The notes beneath the pieces were generated by a model. The model ran no database searches. It was not told the DNA's origin and saw only the letters and a program-made list of their open reading frames with translations. The translations under genes and the position numbers were made by a program. This document shows positions 30,179 to 33,539 of a DNA stretch of 33,539 nucleotides, one piece after another (the first letter of the stretch is position 1; each line of letters begins with the position of its first letter). The stretch is from sequence record SRR20825006_1837; one strand, given 5' to 3'.

Positions 30179-31666
30179 ATGACCAACGAACGTCCATCAA
30201 CCGAGCGCAAAGCACTTCAAATCAACTTGGATCCGCGACGTTACGGTTCGTTTGCCGAAATCGGCGCTGGACAGGAAGTCGTCCGTTGGTTCTTTCGCGT
30301 TGGAGCCGCTGCTGGCACGATCGCCAAAAGTATGTCGGCCTATGACATGGCGGTCAGCGACGCAATTTATGGCGAATGCCAACGGTATGTTTGCCGACAA
30401 CGCTTGGAAGACATGCTGACCCGCGAACACACATTGAACATCGAACGCCTGAAAGAACAACGCGGCGACTCCACTGCGTTCTTCGCGTTCGCCGACACGG
30501 TTTCCGCTCGCAACTATCACGGAACCAACGAGTGCCACGGCTGGATGGGCATTCGATTCCAAGCACATCCACGTGATGAAGACAGCCAAATCATCATCCA
30601 CGTCCGAATGTTGGACAACAACAACGCGGCTCAACAAGAAGCCCTCGGTATCGTCGGCGTTAACTTGCTGTACGGTGCATTCTTCCTCAATCACGAACCC
30701 GATCAGTTGATCGAATCTTTGCTGGACAATCTCAGCACGCAGCGGATCGAGATCGACATGATCGAATTCTCGGGCATCGCATTTCGACACGTCGACAATC
30801 GTGTGATGAGCCTTCGATTGGTTCAACTGGGACTCAGCAAAGCGGCTATGTTCTCGGCCGATGGCGAAGTCCTTCAACCCGCCGAAGTCCTCTACAAGAA
30901 ACCAATCTTGGTCGAACGCGGCAGCTACCGTCCCGTCACTCACGTGAACATGGACATGATTCAAGCGGCACAAAAAAGCTTCCGCAAAGAAGACGATGTG
31001 GATCCAGACCAAGTCGTGACGCTCGCCGAAATCACAATGCGAAACCTTCGGGCCAATGGTGAAATCGACCTGCAAGACTTCCTTGCTCGCGTCGACACTC
31101 TCGCCGCCTGCGGGATGACTGTGCTGATCTCAGACTACTTCGAGTATTACCGCCTGGCGGCTTATCTGTCGCAGTACACGAAAAAGAAAATCGCGATCAC
31201 GATGGGTGCCGGCAGCCTGCATGAACTGTTCGAAGAGAAGTACTACACGCAACTCGACGGCGGCATTCTTGAATCGTTCGGCCGAATGTTCAAAAACGAC
31301 TTGAAACTTTACGTCTATCCTTTGATGGATCGCGAGACGGGTGAATTGACCACGGTGGAGAATCTGGAAATCGCGCCGGAACTGCGGAAACTCTACGACT
31401 ACTTAGTTGGCAAAGGCTGCATCGAACAACTGCACGCCTACAACCCAGAACACCTCTCAACCTTCTCTCGGGAAGTGTTGAAGATGATTCAATCCGGAGA
31501 TGACGAATGGAAGAAGCACGTTCCACCAGAAGTTGCTTCCGTGATCCAAAAACGTGGTTTCTTCGGATGCAAATCTCACGCACCTGAGTCAAGACTCGCG
31601 GCAATGGTCGCTGCGAACTCGTCCAGCTTTGGAAACATCCCGGCTCCGGTCGGATTCCCTGTCTGA
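30179..31666 (+). CDS. Conserved cytoplasmic protein: CinA-like N-terminal domain plus nucleotidyltransferase (NadD-like) C-terminal domain
   Basis: YGSFAEIGAGQEV..GAAAGTIAKSMSAYD at the N-terminus; ERGSYRPVTHVN at the GSFxPxHxGH position; WKKHVPPEVASVI tail. No signal peptide. Domain calls are by eye. Confidence 0.6.
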   Translation: MTNERPSTERKALQINLDPRRYGSFAEIGAGQEVVRWFFRVGAAAGTIAKSMSAYDMAVSDAIYGECQRYVCRQRLEDMLTREHTLNIERLKEQRGDSTAFFAFADTVSARNYHGTNECHGWMGIRFQAHPRDEDSQIIIHVRMLDNNNAAQQEALGIVGVNLLYGAFFLNHEPDQLIESLLDNLSTQRIEIDMIEFSGIAFRHVDNRVMSLRLVQLGLSKAAMFSADGEVLQPAEVLYKKPILVERGSYRPVTHVNMDMIQAAQKSFRKEDDVDPDQVVTLAEITMRNLRANGEIDLQDFLARVDTLAACGMTVLISDYFEYYRLAAYLSQYTKKKIAITMGAGSLHELFEEKYYTQLDGGILESFGRMFKNDLKLYVYPLMDRETGELTTVENLEIAPELRKLYDYLVGKGCIEQLHAYNPEHLSTFSREVLKMIQSGDDEWKKHVPPEVASVIQKRGFFGCKSHAPESRLAAMVAANSSSFGNIPAPVGFPV

Positions 31667-31709
31667 TTGGCGTGAGACTGCCCGCGGGCAGTTCGCGTCA
31701 AATCCATCG

Positions 31710-31744
31710 ATCACCGACACATCCCATGTGTCGGTGATTTTTTT
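31710..31744 (+). terminator. Intrinsic terminator
   Basis: ATCACCGACACAT-CCC-ATGTGTCGGTGAT, a 13-bp perfect stem followed by a T-tract. Confidence 0.9.
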
Positions 31745-32275
31745 AAGCGCAGTCGTCAACAGCTTCCTCGCTGGATCACCTCCAACATTGAAGCGAGCCT
31801 GAACGAACGGGACTCACGATCAATCGATCTAAGATTCTCCGGCATTGACTCCAGCGACGCCCCTCCCTCCAAAGGGCAGGCAACCACCTCCCCCACGGCC
31901 ACGAGCCTCGCGATTTGGGGTGATCCTCGACGTAGCAGTTCGCGAACGGAACGTGTCATTCGCCGACGAAACAGGCCTTCATTTCCAGGCCTTCACGCGA
32001 GACTGTTGCACAGAGACCAAAATTGTTTCGCGTCTCGCAACCTTTCTATGGTCCGATAAGCCGCCTCAATCCGGCTACGAGGACCTTGAGCCCAACCACG
32101 CTCAAACATCGCGTTACTTACACCGTTACTTCATCGAACGTTAACAACGTCCGTCACGCTTTCTGTTTTAATCCCCGCGCTCGATTTCGGGGACTCAAAG
32201 ATTTTGGTTCTCCGGCAGCATCCTCATCCAAATATCTCAGCCATTCTTCCCCCCCGAGAACTTCAGAACTACCAA

Positions 32276-33370
32276 ATGAAAATCCAACATCCACCCATGT
32301 GTGATCGACCGAACGCAAAGCGAGCTGGTTTCACACTGGTCGAACTCTTGGTCGTGATCGCAATCATCGGTGTGCTGGTCGGCCTGCTTTTGCCAGCCGT
32401 CCAAGCTGCTCGTGAAGCCGCTCGTCGGATGCAGTGCCAAAACAACTTCAAACAGTTTGGCATCGCACTGCACAACCACATGGCAGCATTCGGCTCGTTC
32501 CCGCCGGGCAACGTCAACTACGACGAAAGCGGCAACCGCTTCAAAACCGGTGGCTGGCAACACGGACAAAACGAACTGGGATGGCACTGGTTGCCAATGC
32601 TGTTCCCCTACATGGAACAACCCGGTGTCTGGGAATTGATCACCCGCTGCGAAGACTCCGTCACGGGACACACCATGAACCCTTGCGATCACTGCGAGTA
32701 CTACGCTGAATTCGAACACATCGGCCGCGAGCAACTCGGTTCGTTCGTCTCCTGCCCGTCGGCACCTCGTGTCACCAATCAGTTCACCGATGGAAGCTAC
32801 GGCCTCGAAGCTCTCGCAAAGGGATCCAACTACGCGGCAAGTTGGGGTTCAGGCGACATGCTGTCGTGGGAAAGCGATCAGACATCCGGTGCATTCGGCA
32901 CCTACTACGTGCACCAAGACGTGATCATCAAAGACGGCATTGCTGGTGACCGCTTCCAAAACAGAAACGGCATGGGCAGCGAAGATTTTCTCGACGGCAT
33001 GAGCAACACCATGGCGATGAGCGAGATCCTCAACCACGACTCGAAGACAGACATCCGTGGAACTTGGATGTCACCAGCCATGGGTGCCACGATCTTCTCG
33101 GCCTACACCAGCCCCAACAGCCGTGAAAAAGATGTGCTCGCCGCTTGTGACGAAGACATTCCTGAAGATCGCTTGAACCCGTACCTGGCTTGCTTGGAAC
33201 AACGCGAAACGGCTGAAATCTGGGCCGCCGCTCGCAGTCATCACACCGGTGGCGTCAACGTTCTGATGGCCGACAGTTCGGTTCGTTTCGTCACCGACTC
33301 GGTCGACAAAGAAAACGTTTGGCAACCATTGGCAACCGCCAAGAACAGTGAAGTCTTCGAAATGCCCTGA
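32276..33370 (+). CDS. DUF1559 prepilin-type N-terminal cleavage/methylation protein
   Basis: G/FTLVELLVVIAIIGVLVGLLLPAVQAAREAARRMQCQNN, DGMSNT, and SHHTGGVNVLMADSSVRF (H-X9-DG-like). Confidence 0.93.
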   Translation: MKIQHPPMCDRPNAKRAGFTLVELLVVIAIIGVLVGLLLPAVQAAREAARRMQCQNNFKQFGIALHNHMAAFGSFPPGNVNYDESGNRFKTGGWQHGQNELGWHWLPMLFPYMEQPGVWELITRCEDSVTGHTMNPCDHCEYYAEFEHIGREQLGSFVSCPSAPRVTNQFTDGSYGLEALAKGSNYAASWGSGDMLSWESDQTSGAFGTYYVHQDVIIKDGIAGDRFQNRNGMGSEDFLDGMSNTMAMSEILNHDSKTDIRGTWMSPAMGATIFSAYTSPNSREKDVLAACDEDIPEDRLNPYLACLEQRETAEIWAAARSHHTGGVNVLMADSSVRFVTDSVDKENVWQPLATAKNSEVFEMP

Positions 33371-33511
33371 TCGATCGGACGCGGCGAAGTTGTCCTCAAT
33401 GCATCGTCGCACTCCCGCCTCACGGCCCAAACTGCTTTCTTGCACGCCTTCCAACTTTCCTCTCCCAGAGGTCGTGTAGTTTTTGAGGTTTGTGTTAGTG
33501 ACGTCTTGCGA

Positions 33512-33539
33512 ACCCCGCCCGCGCAGCGGGAGGGGTCGG
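33512..33539. repeat. GC-rich hairpin, possibly the start of an intergenic palindromic element cut by the window edge
   Basis: ACCCC-g-CCCGC-gca-GCGGG-a-GGGGT. Confidence 0.35.

Noticed and set aside
30179-31666. Outer-membrane or TonB-dependent receptor label (recalled as attached to similar proteins)
   Set aside because: No signal peptide, no beta-barrel pattern, too short; the sequence looks like a soluble alpha/beta protein.

Overview
Core-genome window from a GC-rich planctomycete, most likely Rhodopirellula. This is inferred from a DUF1559 prepilin-type gene and the style of the hypothetical secreted proteins; it was not checked by search. Gene order: GNAT acetyltransferase and lutCBA lactate-utilisation genes (-), 2x[4Fe-4S] ferredoxin-domain protein (+), fumC (-), GntP-family permease (+), rny (-), tilS (+), NatA/NatB-type ABC pair with a fused CPBP protease (+), hypothetical and GT2 glycosyltransferase (-), mdh, a secreted protein, hisC-hisB (+), tsaE and a small lipoprotein (-), a secreted protein and an Npt/TLC-like transporter (+), nfeD-trkH and a Tat-type intradiol dioxygenase-like gene (-), a CinA-like/nucleotidyltransferase-like protein and a DUF1559 protein (+). 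No transposase, integrase, CRISPR, tRNA or rRNA was seen. The most interesting signal is non-coding. A ~183-nt rod-folding segment upstream of rny (10239-10421, -) shares two adjacent sequence blocks (17/19 and 15/19 identity, all mismatches transitions) and an apical-stem architecture with a ~200-nt terminator-ended segment 8 kb away (18291-18490, +). A second terminator-ended structured unit follows in tandem. All three can be drawn by hand as 6S-RNA-like rods, suggesting a small family of paralogous structured RNAs. The folds were not computed. A REP-like palindrome family with compensatory stem changes also recurs downstream of gene 3' ends.
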